Origin: Octopus sinensis
Taxonomy: Eukaryota
Assembly (NCBI RefSeq): GCF_006345805.1
Contig: NC_043020.1
Coordinates: forward strand, 27,528,001-27,592,000
Direction: 5' to 3'
Length of the DNA stretch: 64,000 nucleotides
The notes under the pieces were generated by a model, which worked only from the letters and a program-made list of their open reading frames with translations, was not told the DNA's origin and ran no database searches. Within the stretch, counting starts at the first letter, position 1, and the number at the start of each line of letters is the position of its first letter. Both the position numbers and the translations under genes were made by a program. Of the stretch, positions 14,185 through 28,209 are shown piece after piece.

Positions 14185-14590
14185 TCTCTTTACTCTTTTA
14201 CTTGTTTCAGTCATTTGATTGCAGCCATGCTGGAGCACTGCCTTTAATCGAGCAACTCAACCCCGGGACTTATTCTTTTGCAAGCCCAGTACTTATTCTA
14301 TCGGTCTCTTTTGCTGAACCACTAAGTAACGGGAACGCAAACCCACCAGCATCGGTTGTCAAGCAATGCTAGGGGGACAAACACAGACACTCAAACACAC
14401 ACACACGCATATATATATATATATACGACAGGCTTCTTTTCAGTTTCCGTCTGCCAAATCCACTCACAAGGCTTTGGTCGGCCCGGGGCTATAGTAGAAG
14501 ACACTTGCCCAAGGTGCCACGCAGTGGGATTCAACCCGGAACCATGTGGTTGGTTAGCAAGCTACTTACCACACAGCCACTCCTACGCCT
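14185..14590 (-). mobile_element. Dominant SINE family copy
   Basis: Reverse complement of the 10887-11273 family. Confidence 0.85.
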
Positions 14591-15142
14591 TATATATATA
14601 TATATATATATAAAAGTTTTTTATTTGTAATGAGATAAAAAACCAAGGCTATGTAGATTTTAGAACATTTATACATAGAAATTTTTATATACACCCGCTG
14701 ACATATGACCAATGTTGAAGCCTTTAATCACATAATCACCGTAGTATTTTGGTTAGGTAATAAAATAACAATAAAAAGTAAGAAATAGAACTGGAAATAC
14801 TGGGAATTACAGTTTGTCTCCGATTTGGTCCAGGTACAATGATACTGATAAGCCACAAAAATGGCAAGACATCAATGTCCATCACTCCCTGAATGGGGAT
14901 TTTGGGAGGAGGAGGCTGTCTCACCTGTCTATGACTTCCAGGTGTTTTTTCTACCCAGTGCTTAGAGGGGGGTCATCTCCACTGCACTATATTGCAGCTG
15001 ACCAGTAAACAATCAAAGCACATGCCTTGAGTTTTCAATAATGTTTACAACACTAACAATGCTTCATATTTGAATACACAAAATGATCCAAATCTTCATA
15101 TTTCTGGGAGAGGCTTTTATCTTTCAAACTCTATGCATTATA

Positions 15143-15545
15143 GGCGCAGGAGTGGCTGTGTGGTAAGTAGCTTGCTTACCAACCACATGGTTCCAGGTTC
15201 AGTCCCACTGCGTGGCACTTTGGGCAAGTGTCTTCTAATATAGCCTTGGCTCGACCAAAGCCTTGTGAGTGGATTTGGTAGACGGAAACTGAAAGAAGCC
15301 TGTCATATATATGTTTATGTATATATATGTGTGTTTGTGTGTCTGTGTTTGTCACCCCAACATCGCTTGACAACTGATGCTGGTGTGTCTACCTCCTCGT
15401 AACTTAGCGGTTCAGCAAAAGAGACTGATAGAATAAGTACAAGGCTTACAAAGAATAAGTCCTGGGGTCGATTTGCTCGAATAAAAGTAGTGCTCCAGCA
15501 TGGCTGCAGTCAAATGACTGAAACAAGTAAAAAGTAAAAGAAAAG
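15143..15545 (+). mobile_element. Dominant SINE family copy
   Basis: Full-length homology to 10887-11273. Confidence 0.85.
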
Positions 15546-18277
15546 CGAGTACCATTTCTTATGTATTTAAAAAAAAAAAAATATTTCAATACTTCCCCAA
15601 ATAAACATACACTTCATTTTAGAAGCTCTGAGAAAGCTATAAGGTAAAAAAAAATTTTTTTCCCCAAAATAAATTTTTTTTTTTACATTTTTGCTTTCCA
15701 ATTCTTTCCAGTGTGGTAGTGATAGCTATTTCAAAACTCAATTAATATTTCATTTTCTCTCTGACGAAGGGTTCTGAAGAAAATGGTTTGCATTCTACTC
15801 TTGGTTAAGGTACACACACACACGCATATAATTTAATTCTTTACATATTATACAGAGGACATATTTTTCTGGCGTCTATGTATCATCTCAATATTATTCA
15901 ACCACCAGAGTAACTTGGGACCTATGAAAGCAAAGCTTTATATTCTTCAGATCGTGTAAAACAAGGGCTAACTAAAAGTCTGAAAACAAGAAGAGACATT
16001 TAGGACATGAAAATGCTTTGACAGGCAAACGGTTAAATTACGACTTTGTACAAAAGAGTGATCTTGATGGAACAAATGTACAAGGGCGATAATGTATTTT
16101 GTACACCGGAAGAGTTCCAATCAGGATAAGAGAACTCTGAACAAATCTGAAATGAGAGAGAAAGAGAAAGCGTAAGGAAAGAAGGGAAAAAGCAAAGTGA
16201 CCCAAACGGAGACTAAGAGGAATCCCCCCGCCCTTCTCTGGTCTCCTCCCAGCCCAGCTCTGGAGGAAAGATACCGCGGCGGAATGTTGCTGAATTTTTT
16301 GGACTACTTGACCGAAAGAGAAGATTAAAGGATGGAAGGATTTCAGAGAGATTGAATGAAACAGAGGAAAGAAGAAAGAAAAAGAAGAAGCAGATGAAGG
16401 AATCAAAACAAATGAAGGCAGAAAGAAAGACATTTTGATCTCCAGCAATTAATAATGACGATGATGGTGATAATGAAAAGAAGGACAGTGTAAAAGAAGA
16501 TGGCCTTTGCGATGTGATGTGGACAGATTTGTCTTCTCTTTAGCATTGAATGGTTTTTTTAAAGCTTGACCTTACTCTGTGTCTACACGTGATTGAGACA
16601 GCAAGCACTTTGAAGGGTTTGTTTTGTGGCCTGTGTAAATAAACAAATCCTGTTGAAGGTTGCTTGCGGGCAGAGGGAGAATCTCAACGAAGATGGCTAG
16701 ATGAACAAAGGTGCTCCTCGCTCGGGCCCTTCATATGAGCCGCAGCATTTTCCACAACAGTTTGTTTGCATTCATAAACCCCCCAACAACACACACACGA
16801 CGAATTAATTAACAATTAACAGCTCTCAGGACCTATTTTCGAACTCTTGAACAAATTTATGAAGCTTTTGCGACCGGATTGGGTTTTATTTTTGTCTCTT
16901 TTTGGGTAACCTTTCTTACCCCCGGATGAAAATTTTATTTATTAACCATTTGTTTTGATATTTTGTCAAAGTCATACATTATATAAAGCTTATGTTATAT
17001 GACATATCTTGTATGACCAGCTGTATGACATTAACAACAAAAGCAAATAACATATATATATAATACTCGTATGCATATATAATATATATATTATATATAA
17101 TATATACTGCTTCATATGTGTAAGTAATATTGACAAAATTTTTGTTTTAAAAAAGAAAAACCCTTTAAGGACCCGCAACAAAACGAAACCCTCCTCTTAA
17201 CAAGCAAACTTTTCCTTTTGATGCTGGTTCATTAAATGAAAAGAATTGGAAATTTTTACCAAAAGCAGAAACAGAAAGAAGCAGTGAAGAAGCAGCAAAA
17301 ATCAACAAAAACGAAACGATTTCATGTCATCACTTCCAAGATATTTCTATTTTATTTTTCGATAGCTGAAAAAAGAAAAAAAAATCTATCAATATTTTCT
17401 GTTTTAGCCAATTTCACCAAACCTCTTTTGGCAGCAAAAAATTACATTTATGTTACTGCAGTGTAATGTAAAAAGAGAGAGAAAAAGGAAAAAAGAATGT
17501 TTTGACTGCGTCTAATGATTTTATGAAATGAAGGTTATGATTAATAACAACAGTTATAATTAATATTGTTAATGATAATTAATACACTGACACATTAACT
17601 ACAATATCGAAGGTGGATTAATTTGCTGATGTTTAAAAGGGAAACAGGAAAACGAAAGTAAACACATCAGAACAATATTTATAAACTTGAAAAGGAGAAA
17701 GTGTTTTTTTTTTAAAGAACAAGGATTTTTTTTATTAAGTCGATGGTTACAACTGGATTGAAGGAAGACAGAGAGATATCCTGACACGATAAAAGTTTCC
17801 CAAATATTTGATATTCAGTTTGTTGAAAAGGAAAAAAAGAAAATGATTGTATACTAACATATGATATAAACAAGAGAAGTGAAAGGTTAAGAGAGAAAAC
17901 CAACTGGAAGAGACCGATTATCGTTGTGGGACATCCTCAGTGTATGTGTGTGTATAAAAATACATGTTTATATATGTATATATATATATAAATATATATA
18001 TACATTGAGTAAACGAACGCACAAAACGAGGAAATCGGAGTAGCAACGGAGTGTATAATGTTCAAACGAATATATTTATTTACATTTGAGTAGACAGTCC
18101 TCTCTCTCTCTACACACACACACTTTTCAGAAAGCATTCAACATAGATTATAATCAACTGGAATTTAAAAGGAAATAACCTAAACACAAGGAAAGCACGT
18201 GCAACTTTAAAGGTCCTACCGAAATATTCGCCCAGAGACTATCACTCTTTCTCTCTCTCTCTATATATATACATCTT

Positions 18278-18313
<36 letters not shown>

Positions 18314-19669
18314 CACACATACATATCTCTCCCTCTCTCTCTCTCTCTATATATATATCCATCTCTCTCCCTCTCTCCATACACACACACACACACGTAT
18401 ATCTCGGTTCTAACTTGAATAACATTGACTTAAAACTAGCTAAAGGTGACAAGAGAAAAGGCTTTTACACGGCCCCTAAGGATCACTTATATATATATAT
18501 ATATATTGGTCAGTAGTTCATATGTCCGAATGAGTAGCACACTCTAAAACATTAGATAGGTAATATATTTAGAAGGTTGGTTTGTTCCAGGCCGGTCAGG
18601 GAGTGACCATTGGTTTCCAACGTACAAAGGCACTGTATAGGCGGTAGTATGATTTTCAGCAAGTAGTGGTTTTTAATGTAGTAATAATAATATTTATACA
18701 TTCATTCCATGTTTTTGTCTTTGGGACCTCTTCTCGTTAACCATTCCTGTCTAAGAACAGTGAGCGATAATTCCACCTCTAAACTGTCCTGTCTCGAATC
18801 GCTCAAAGAGCAACCAGCACCCATCCACCCACTATCCTCCTCTCGTCCTGATTTTGTTTACAATTCCAATGACCATTTTTGCGTTTGCATATTTTGAGCA
18901 ATTCTAAGAGTGGTTCCTATTCTTCTTCATTGCACCATTGCAGGTTGTGGTGGTGTCCTCTATCTCTCTCTCATCTCTCTCTGCTGCAAAGAATTAAGGA
19001 ATGCCTCTTTCACATCCATCAATCTATATTCGTACAATGTCTTTGCCAAGACTAATTTGTTTGAATTTAATCTGAGCCAAACTCTTATAATAATAACAGT
19101 AATAATATTTAAGAGAACGGCTGTTTTTGTTACTACTACTACTACTAATAATAATAATAAAAATAATAATAGTGATGTGGAGTGTTTAGACTCGCGTTGC
19201 CAAAAACTTATTTATAGTAGTATATTAATATATATTTACAGGCACATCCGTCTACTTTTTGAAAATCTATTAATTAGTCCCCTCTCTCTTTCTCATATAT
19301 ATACGCAAATTATTAATTAAATTTAGACTTATTCTAATCTCAAAAATATATAATTTGAATTGCTGCAAAATATTGCGCGTACACACACAAGTATACAATA
19401 AATATATATATATATATATACACATAGTTGCCCATATGTTACGGATGTATATATATATATAGACCAGTAGAGGCGCGCTTTTTCTAAAAGGAGTGCTCGT
19501 TCTGGGTGTGTGTGTTTGTAATTGTATAAATATAAATAGTAATTGGGGTAAGAAAATAGAAAAATACCATCGATGTACATCGGAATATAATATAGTAGAA
19601 ATACTTTCATACTGTCATCCTAGTATGTAGAGCTGAGGTATATACATCCAAACTTTTACACACACAGAG

Positions 19670-19730
<61 letters not shown>

Positions 19731-20639
19731 TAGATATATATATAGTAGGGCATCAGACCTACAAATGGTAATTGTAACATATTCTTCTGGTTGGACTATT
19801 TCAAAGCATATGATCAGAGATAGCAGCAAGTGCCCTAGAAAAAATAAGTGTAAACAATAAGAACTCCGACGACCGCGACGTCTCTTTTGAGTGACGTGAA
19901 GTTTTTTTTTTTCTAAAAGATTAATTTTTGGGAAAAGAGTTAAAAGAAGAAGAAAAAAACAAGTTTGGGAAGAAAGGAAGAAAGAAAAAGAAGAAATCAC
20001 AAACGTAGGAGATATTTGTAGACACGCCCCAGTTTTTTGAGGAAGGAAAAGAAAAGAGAGAGAGAGAAATAGGAAAACAGTGGAGCAACATTTTTTAAAA
20101 AAAAGTGAAATATATATATCGTCTTCTCTCTCTTTCTCTGCTCACTTTTGTGCAAGTGAGTGTCTGCTGCATTTTGGCTGCAAAACTTTGTATTAATTAC
20201 ACTTGAGAAATAAGTGTGGCAATGTGGGGACAGCTGTGAAGGAAAGAAAGGAAACAGTTTGTAAACAAGGAGAGAAAAGGGACACCTTGCCAAAGCAAAT
20301 TGAAATCCCTTCTTAAATAAAAAGAAGGAAGAAATACAAGCGAGAAGAGAACCTTGCCGATCTTGTCAATCCACCTTTTCCACCAACTATATATATATCA
20401 AACAAAAACCCTTGTTAAAACGAGAGAAGAGAGCCCTAATTTTGAAATACCTATCTTGTCGCACACAAGTTTTTTTCCACCAACTTTATACTTTATATAT
20501 GGGACTACCTTTCACTTAATTTTTTTCTTCTGGAGTGAAAAGTAACAAGCATAACCTTCCCAAAAGGAACAAAACTGATCGGATTCAATCTTTCTTTGCT
20601 TCTTCTTCTTCTTCATTTCACACACACACAAACGTTCAC

Positions 20640-20772
20640 TTGTTCACCCTCCTCTTCTTCTTTCCCCCCCTCTCTATTTTCTCTCTCTCTATCTATCTCA
20701 ATCTCTCTCTCTCTCTCGTCTCGTCTTCTCTATCTGTAATAAACTCACTCTGAGCGGCCGAACGAACCAAAC
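20640..20772 (+). promoter_or_regulatory. Putative MBOAT proximal promoter/5'UTR with (CT)n tract
   Basis: (CT)n tract, then taataaa and a CpG-containing segment directly before the ATG. Confidence 0.35.
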
Positions 20773-20853
20773 ATGGTATACACGGGCGAATTTTGTATGG
20801 GGTCTCGTTTGCTGACACCACTTTCAGATTTCTTCGGTTTACCCATAGACCAG
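20773..20853 (+). CDS. MBOAT2: MBOAT1/2 coding exon 1 ([27 protein letters not shown])
   Basis: aaacATGG start, 27 codons, CAG|gtatgt donor. Resembles the MBOAT2 N-terminus GS.LL.PLS....LPIDQ. Too short for the ORF track. Confidence 0.9.
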
Positions 20854-23800
20854 GTATGTCACAAATAATACCTTTATTTATTCTATTTTATTTAATGTTT
20901 TAATATTCCCTTGAAACGGTGCGCGATAAGATTTTTTCAGGTCGACTTTGATTTTCAAACTTTCAAGCGAAGGACGGCGAGGCACGATTAAACGAACACC
21001 AGTCAAGTATCGAAGTGGTTGTAGTTATTATTATTACCATTGAGTCCCAGATCTGGCGTTTCAGGCGTGACCATCTCATTTATACACACGTGCGATCTTG
21101 TATTTTTCCAAAAGCGTCTTTATTTTACAAGGAAAAACGAGTGTGATTTGCAGTAGCTTGGCTGCTATTTCTCGCATTTCGGAGCGACCGTGTCATCACC
21201 CTGTAACCCTAACCAGGCGGTTTGGCTGAATCACTCACGTGTTCGATTGAAAGCTTTTCGCTCTTTAGTTGCGATCTCGTTAACGTTCTGAGTTCCCGAG
21301 TTCACGTCCCACCGAAGTGAACTTTATTCTGTGAACAAACAAACAACTGGTCTTGTTTTGCCACCTCAGTAGAATTACTATCGCTTGTTCAAATCGAAAC
21401 GTGTGTGTTCTCAGTTAATTTCATCGGCTGGATTGTTGTAGACCAGATTAACGCCCATACTGGTGTCTGTCTGAAGGTTTCAATCGACTGATCTTACTGG
21501 GATTGTCTCCCCTGTTTAATCTTTTTGTTATTGGACTGCAGCCATGCTGGAGTACTTCTGTGAAGGGTTTAGTTGAACTAATCGACACCCCCACCTCACC
21601 CCGTTGTGCTTTTAAGTCTGGACCTTGCTCTATTTATTATTCTCTTTTGTTGAACTGCTAAGTTACGAGGATGTAAATAAGTCGACACCAGTTGTAAAAC
21701 TGATAGGTGTGACAGACACACGCACACATGGCTCTGGTTGGCCTGGGGTTATAACAAAAGACACTTGCCCAATGTGTTGCACACTGGGATTGAACCAAAG
21801 ACCACATGGTTGTGAAGTAAGCTTCTTAACCACACGGCCACACCTGTTCTTTTATTCTTTTACTTGTTCAGTCATTTGACTGTGGCCATGCTGGAGCACC
21901 ACCTTGGAGGTTTTTTTCAGTTAAATACATCGACCCTGGGACTTATTCTTTATAAGCCTAGTACTTGTTCTGTTGGTTTCTTTTGCCGAACTGCTAAGTT
22001 ACGGGGGACACAAACATACCATCTGTTGTCAAGCAGTGGTGGGGTACAAAAACACACACACAAATATATACAAATGCATATACTCTTTACTCTTACTCGT
22101 TTCAGTCATTTGACTGCGGCCATGCTGGAGCACCGCCTTTAATTGAGCAACTCAACCCCAGGACTTATTCTTTGTAAGCCCAGTACTTATTCTATCGGTC
22201 TCTTTTGCCGAACCACTAAGTAACGGGGACATAAACACACCAGCATCGGTTGTCAAGCAATGCTAGGGGGACAAACACAGACACACAAACACACACATGC
22301 ATATATATACAAATATACGACGGGCTTCTTTCAGTTTCTGTCTACCAAATCCACTCACAAGGCTTTGGTCGACCCGAGGCTATAGCAGAAGACACTTGCC
22401 CAAGGTGCCACGCAGTGGGACTGAACCCGGGACTGTTTTTTTAAAAATCAACCTTATTAAACAAGTTCGTTGCCTGCTAATTACCTGAGTAATTATATTT
22501 GATCAAAGTGTTTCTTCTCACTCTATTTACATATGAGAGACCCTGACTGTGTGTGCGTTCAGTATGCAGAGGGCTCCCCTGAGCTAACAGTCTCACAGCC
22601 ATGCTGTTGGCATTTGTAATCAGCATGCTTGGAGTTTCTTCATTTCTACCCTGCCACCCGATATAGGTGCACTGCATGAGCATGGGGTGGTTAAGAAGTT
22701 TGATCTAGCGCCATGTGGTTTTGCACCCAGCTGTTTCACTACACAGCACATTGAATAAGTGTCTTCCGCTGTGTACGTGTGCTGACCAAGGCCTCGGTGA
22801 TGGATTTGGTAGAAGGAAACAGAAAGAAGCCCAGTGTGTGTGTGTGTGTTTTAGTAGAGTCAATAAAAAGAGTGCAATAAGCTATATATATATAATATAT
22901 ACTCTTTTACTTGTTTCAGTCATTTGACTGAGGCCATGCTGGAGCACCACCTTTAGTCGAACAAATCGACCCCAGGACTTATTCTTTGTAAGCCTAGTAC
23001 TTATGCCATCAGTGTCTTTTGCTGAACTGCTAAGTTACGGGGACATAAACATGCCAGCATTGGGGGGACAAACATATACACACACATACATACATATATA
23101 TGTCGCCATGATAGATCGTTAGCCACTACACATTTTTTTTCTCTCCTTGTTTTTTTCTGTGTCCCTTTCTGTAGAAGAGCGTAGGCTCGAAACGTAAAAG
23201 TCTTTTTCTATTCCTGAGCGTTATACTAATACATCTGTTTGTTTTTTTCGTAAACTCTCCCTATATATATATATATATACGAAGGGTTTCTTTCAGTTTC
23301 TGTCTACCAAATCCACTCACAAGGCTTTGGTCAGCCCGAGGCTATAGTAGAAGTCACTTGCCCAAGTTACCATGCAGTGGGCCTGAACCCAGAACCATGT
23401 GGTTCATAAGCAAGCTACTTACCATACAGCCACTCCTACGCCTAAGAGTGTATAATTGTGAACAAATCACAGTTATAACGGAGAGGGTTGCAAAAACCCT
23501 TACATGTCTAGAAATAGCAGTCAAAGCTGCTATAACCACTTGTATTATATCCCTTCACAATAAAAGCTGTCGGCGGGTGACATGACATAAAATTCAAAAC
23601 TTAAAAATATATATATATATATATACACACATACATGCATATATACATACACACACTCGTCATATGCATGTGTGTATTTGTGTCTCCTTGCCTTGATATG
23701 AAGCAGTAGTCGTAAACGAGAATCACAATCCAACGAGTGATGTCATCATTCTCTCCCAGTCTTCTGGGAAAACCCGTTCAGCCAAGGGGCATGTTTTATC

Positions 23801-26731
23801 TTGCTTAGGAAACAGGTGAGGCTTAGTAACCAAGAAGGGCGCTCAACAAACTCTATCTGACTCACGCAAGCATTGTAAAGGGAGTGTTCAAGTGCTGTTG
23901 ATGATGGGAAATCAGCCAATTTAGATATAATTGCCAGAAAATGGTAGCATATTTTTTTTATCTTTAGCAAAAAAAAAAGTTGCATTAATTACAAAAAATA
24001 GTGTTAATTACTGTGGATATTTTGTAATATTAATTTGTAAAATTGTGAGCTGACAGAATTGTTTGTGTGCCTGACAAAAGTGCTTAGTGGTATTTGTACT
24101 GCTTCTTTGCATTCTGAGTTCTAGTACTGCCAAGGTCAACTTCACCTTTCGTCCTTTCCGGGTCAATAAGGTAAAATGCTAGTTTAGGGTGACGAGATGG
24201 CAGAATCGTTAGCACACCGGGCGAAATGCTTATCGGTATTTCGTCCGTCTTTACATTCTGAGTTCAAATTCCGCCGAGGTCAACTTTGCCTTTCATCCTT
24301 TCCGGGTCGATAAATTAAGTACCAGTTACGCACTGGGGTCAATGTAACCGACTTAATCCATTTGTCTCTCCTTGTTTGTCCCCTCTGTGTTTAGCCCCTT
24401 GTGGGCAGTAAAGAAATAGGTATTTCATCTATCTTTACGTTCTGAGTTCAAATTCCACCGAAGTTGATTTTGCCTTTCATCCTTTCGGGGTTGATGTAAT
24501 CGACTTAATCCTTTTGTGTGTCCTTGTTTGTCCCCTCTGTGTTTAGCCCCCTGTGGGCAATAAAGAAACAAATAAGGTAAAATGCCAGTCAAGTACTGAG
24601 GTCAATGTAATTGATTGACACCCTCCCATCAAAATTGCTGGCCTTGTGCCAAAATTTGAAATGGTTTTTCGTTCCTTTTAAAGATATGCATTTATTTTTT
24701 ATCTTTTACTTGTTTCAGTCATTAGACTGTGGCCATGCTGGGGCACTGCCTTGAAGAATTATTTTTAGTTGAATGAATTGACCCCAGGGCTTATTTTTAT
24801 TTTTTTAAGAGAAAGAGAGAGAGAGAGCTATCTACATAAATGTGAATCAAGAAGATTATGCAAGGATTGTGTAATTTTCTCAGTTGATTTATTGAAATAC
24901 GTGTATGTTTTATAAAACTTAAAATACAAAATACATTTTGGGACGTAGTCAGTCCGCCTGTGCATACCTTCCTTCTTGGGACACAAAACTCTACTTGTGA
25001 AGACCTGTTGAGGCAAGTGAAAATCAAAATCGAAATCGATCAACATCAATGGAATTTGTAGTTGTGATACCAGTGCCGGTGGCACGTAAGAGAACCATCC
25101 GAACGTGGCCGTAGCCAGCGCCGCATCGACTAGCCTCCGTGCCAGTGGCACGTAACAAACACCATCCAAGCGTGGCCGTTTGCCAGCCTCGTCTGGCACC
25201 TGTGTCAGTGGCACGTAAAAAGCACCCACTACACTCACGGAGTGGTTGGCGTTTAGGAAGGGCATCCAGCTGTAGAAACACTGCCAGATCAGACTGGGCC
25301 TGGTGCAGCCTTCGGGCTTCCCAGACCCCAGTTGAACCGTCCAACCCATGCTAGCATGGAAAGCAAATGTTAAACGATGATGATGATGATTTTCTGTATT
25401 TTTTATTAACATCATACATATGACTTCGTTAGCTCAAATTAGTGTAATTTTATTACATTTCCCTTTTGCAAGCTTTTATAGTTTCACTAGGGTAAGGAGT
25501 GGCTCATGCAAGTCAGAACATTTTGCGCCTTGCCCTCAGACGTGCGTCTGTTTGTCATGTACTCAGGGTTAGGCACGTTCTTGGTACATGTATGCACATG
25601 ACCAGTAATAAACACATTAATTCATTCAAGTTCACTCATAAAATATTTTTGTTGTGGTTGTCATGATGGGTCACGCGTCATCCAGACATTCCACATTTGC
25701 AGTGACCAGAACTAATTAAAGTATTCCTTTGATTTACACCACACGAGCTTGTAAACGAGCATTGTTCGTTTCTAGGCTTCTCTAAATAAACATGTCTGGC
25801 AATGTGGTAATAGAACTTTGCTTAGAAACGGGTGAGTGTTGGCGAAGGAAGGGCTTTTGGCTGTACAAAAATTGGCCTCAACAAATTCTGTACAACCCAT
25901 GCCAGCATGGAGAAGCGGATGTTTAGACCAATGATGAATAGAGTAGACTAAGTATTTCACTTATTGCGAAGACATGTGGCTAAGGTGTTTGGCTTCCAGT
26001 TGTCAGGTTGTGAGTTCAATTCCTAGCGACACATTACATCCTTGAGCAAGACTCTTTTCTTTACGTTGCTCCAGTCTGTTCAGCTGGCAAAAATGTGTAG
26101 GACCTGTATTTCCGAAGGGCCAGTCTGGTTACATTCTGTGTTGTGCTGAGTTTCATTGAGAACTACATTAAGGATACGCGTGTCTGTGGAATACTCTGCC
26201 ACTTGCACGTTAATTTCACAAGCAGGCCGTTCCGTTGATCCGATCAGCTGGAACCCTTATTACCATCCACCACTACTTGGCAACCAGTGCTGGTTTGTTT
26301 ACGTCCCTGTAACTTAGCAGTCCAGCAAAAGAGAGCAATAGAATAATTACCAGGCTTTAAAAAAAAAAGCCCTGGGGTCAATTTTATGTGAACAAAATCT
26401 TCCAAGGCAGTGCTCCAGCATGGCCACAGTCAAATGACCTCTCGCACCTATCATACAGTGTCATTCTAAAAGTAAACAATCACTTCATTGAAATCTCAAA
26501 CCCACAAAGTAATTAAGTAATTACATAATGAATTCTTTTACTTGTTTCAGTCATTTGACTGCGGCCATGCTGGTGCACCGCCTTTAGTCAAACAAATTGA
26601 CCCCAGGACTTACTCTTTGTAAGCCTAGTACTTATTCTATCGGTCTCTTTTGCCGGACCACTAAGTTACAGAGACATAAACACACCAACATCAGCTGTCA
26701 AGCGATGGTGGGGGAGAAACACAGGCACACA

Positions 26732-26776
<45 letters not shown>

Positions 26777-28160
26777 TACCCCAAACCAGGGACTTTTCAG
26801 CATCCCTTCATATATATGGCTTAGTGGTTAAGATGCTGCACTCACGGTTGCGAGATCGTGGGTTCGATTCCCAGGCCGGGCATTTTATTGTGTTCTTGAG
26901 CAGAACGCTTCATTTGACGTTGCTCTGCGATCATTTCATCATCTGACATGTGGCACCCGTTGCACCTGTACAGGTAATATCGATTTGATGGAGGGAGTGA
27001 GGTAATGTCTACACAAACATTTGATCACTATTAACAGATCATCTATGTGGTTGTTCAGTAAGGAATTGTCGAACCCTCATACATCGTCTAACGACAGCAG
27101 AGTCCATTATATATATATATCACGTGACCGACCAGACCATCAGATGTTGTTACACATCGCTGGTCACAATGCGCAATAAACACTCACAACGCCCGGTCTG
27201 GGAATCGAAACCGCGATCCTGCGACCGCGAGTCCGCTGCCCTAACCACTAGGCCATTGCGCCTCCACATATATATATATATATATATATATTGTATGCAA
27301 GTGTGGGTGGTGAAAAGTTCCTGGTTTTAAGGGTATCACGAAAGGACTCGTTGGCAGCCCAACCTCCTGAGTTCTTTTATGAGGCTTAGAAAAACTGAAG
27401 GACCACTGCAATAAGCGTGTGAATCTGAGAAGGGAATATGTTGCATAAAATCATAATTAACTGATTCTCTTGTATTTTCTTCTACCCAAAGCCAGGAACT
27501 TTCCAGAACCCCCTCCAATATATATATATATATTACGGAGATGTACTTGCATAGCAAGTGACCTAATCTGAGATCGTGTGCTGGGATGAAAACAATTGCA
27601 GCGTGGAAGGTGTTTATAACCCATTTAAGAAACACACAGAATCCGTCAGATTCACTTCAACATTTAAATTTAATTCCGTGCTGCACGGAATTTTGTCAGT
27701 GAACAGGTCGCGGTCTCAAAGCGACGAATATATTTTGACAAATTAAATATAAATGTTGAAGTGAATCTAACGGTTTTTGTGTGTTTCTTAAATGTCCACG
27801 CTGCAATTGTTATATATATATATTTACATAAGGCCAAAGAGGGTACGGATGCCGCTATATATATTATATGTAGAAAAATACAAACTGGGACAAGAACGTA
27901 AAACATTTAGAAGACGATACAAAAAACACGGACGGGACATTCGAAGCCTTCAATCTTCAGTCAGGAACCGGATCATCCTCACAATTTCGGCTGATTAATC
28001 TTGAGATTGCTCCGATAAGAAATTGCTCGGATGATCCGGTTCTTGACTGAAGATTGAAGGCTTCGAATGTCCCGTCCGTGTTTTTTGTATCGTCTTCTAA
28101 ATGTTTTACATTCTTGTCCCAGTTTGTATTTTTCTCTCTCTCTATATATATATTTATATA

Positions 28161-28209
<49 letters not shown>

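Noticed and set aside
16038-16780. Possible coding exon in the repeat-free island
   Set aside because: The frames tested from candidate ATGs and acceptors hit stops quickly, and the listed ORF is low-complexity.
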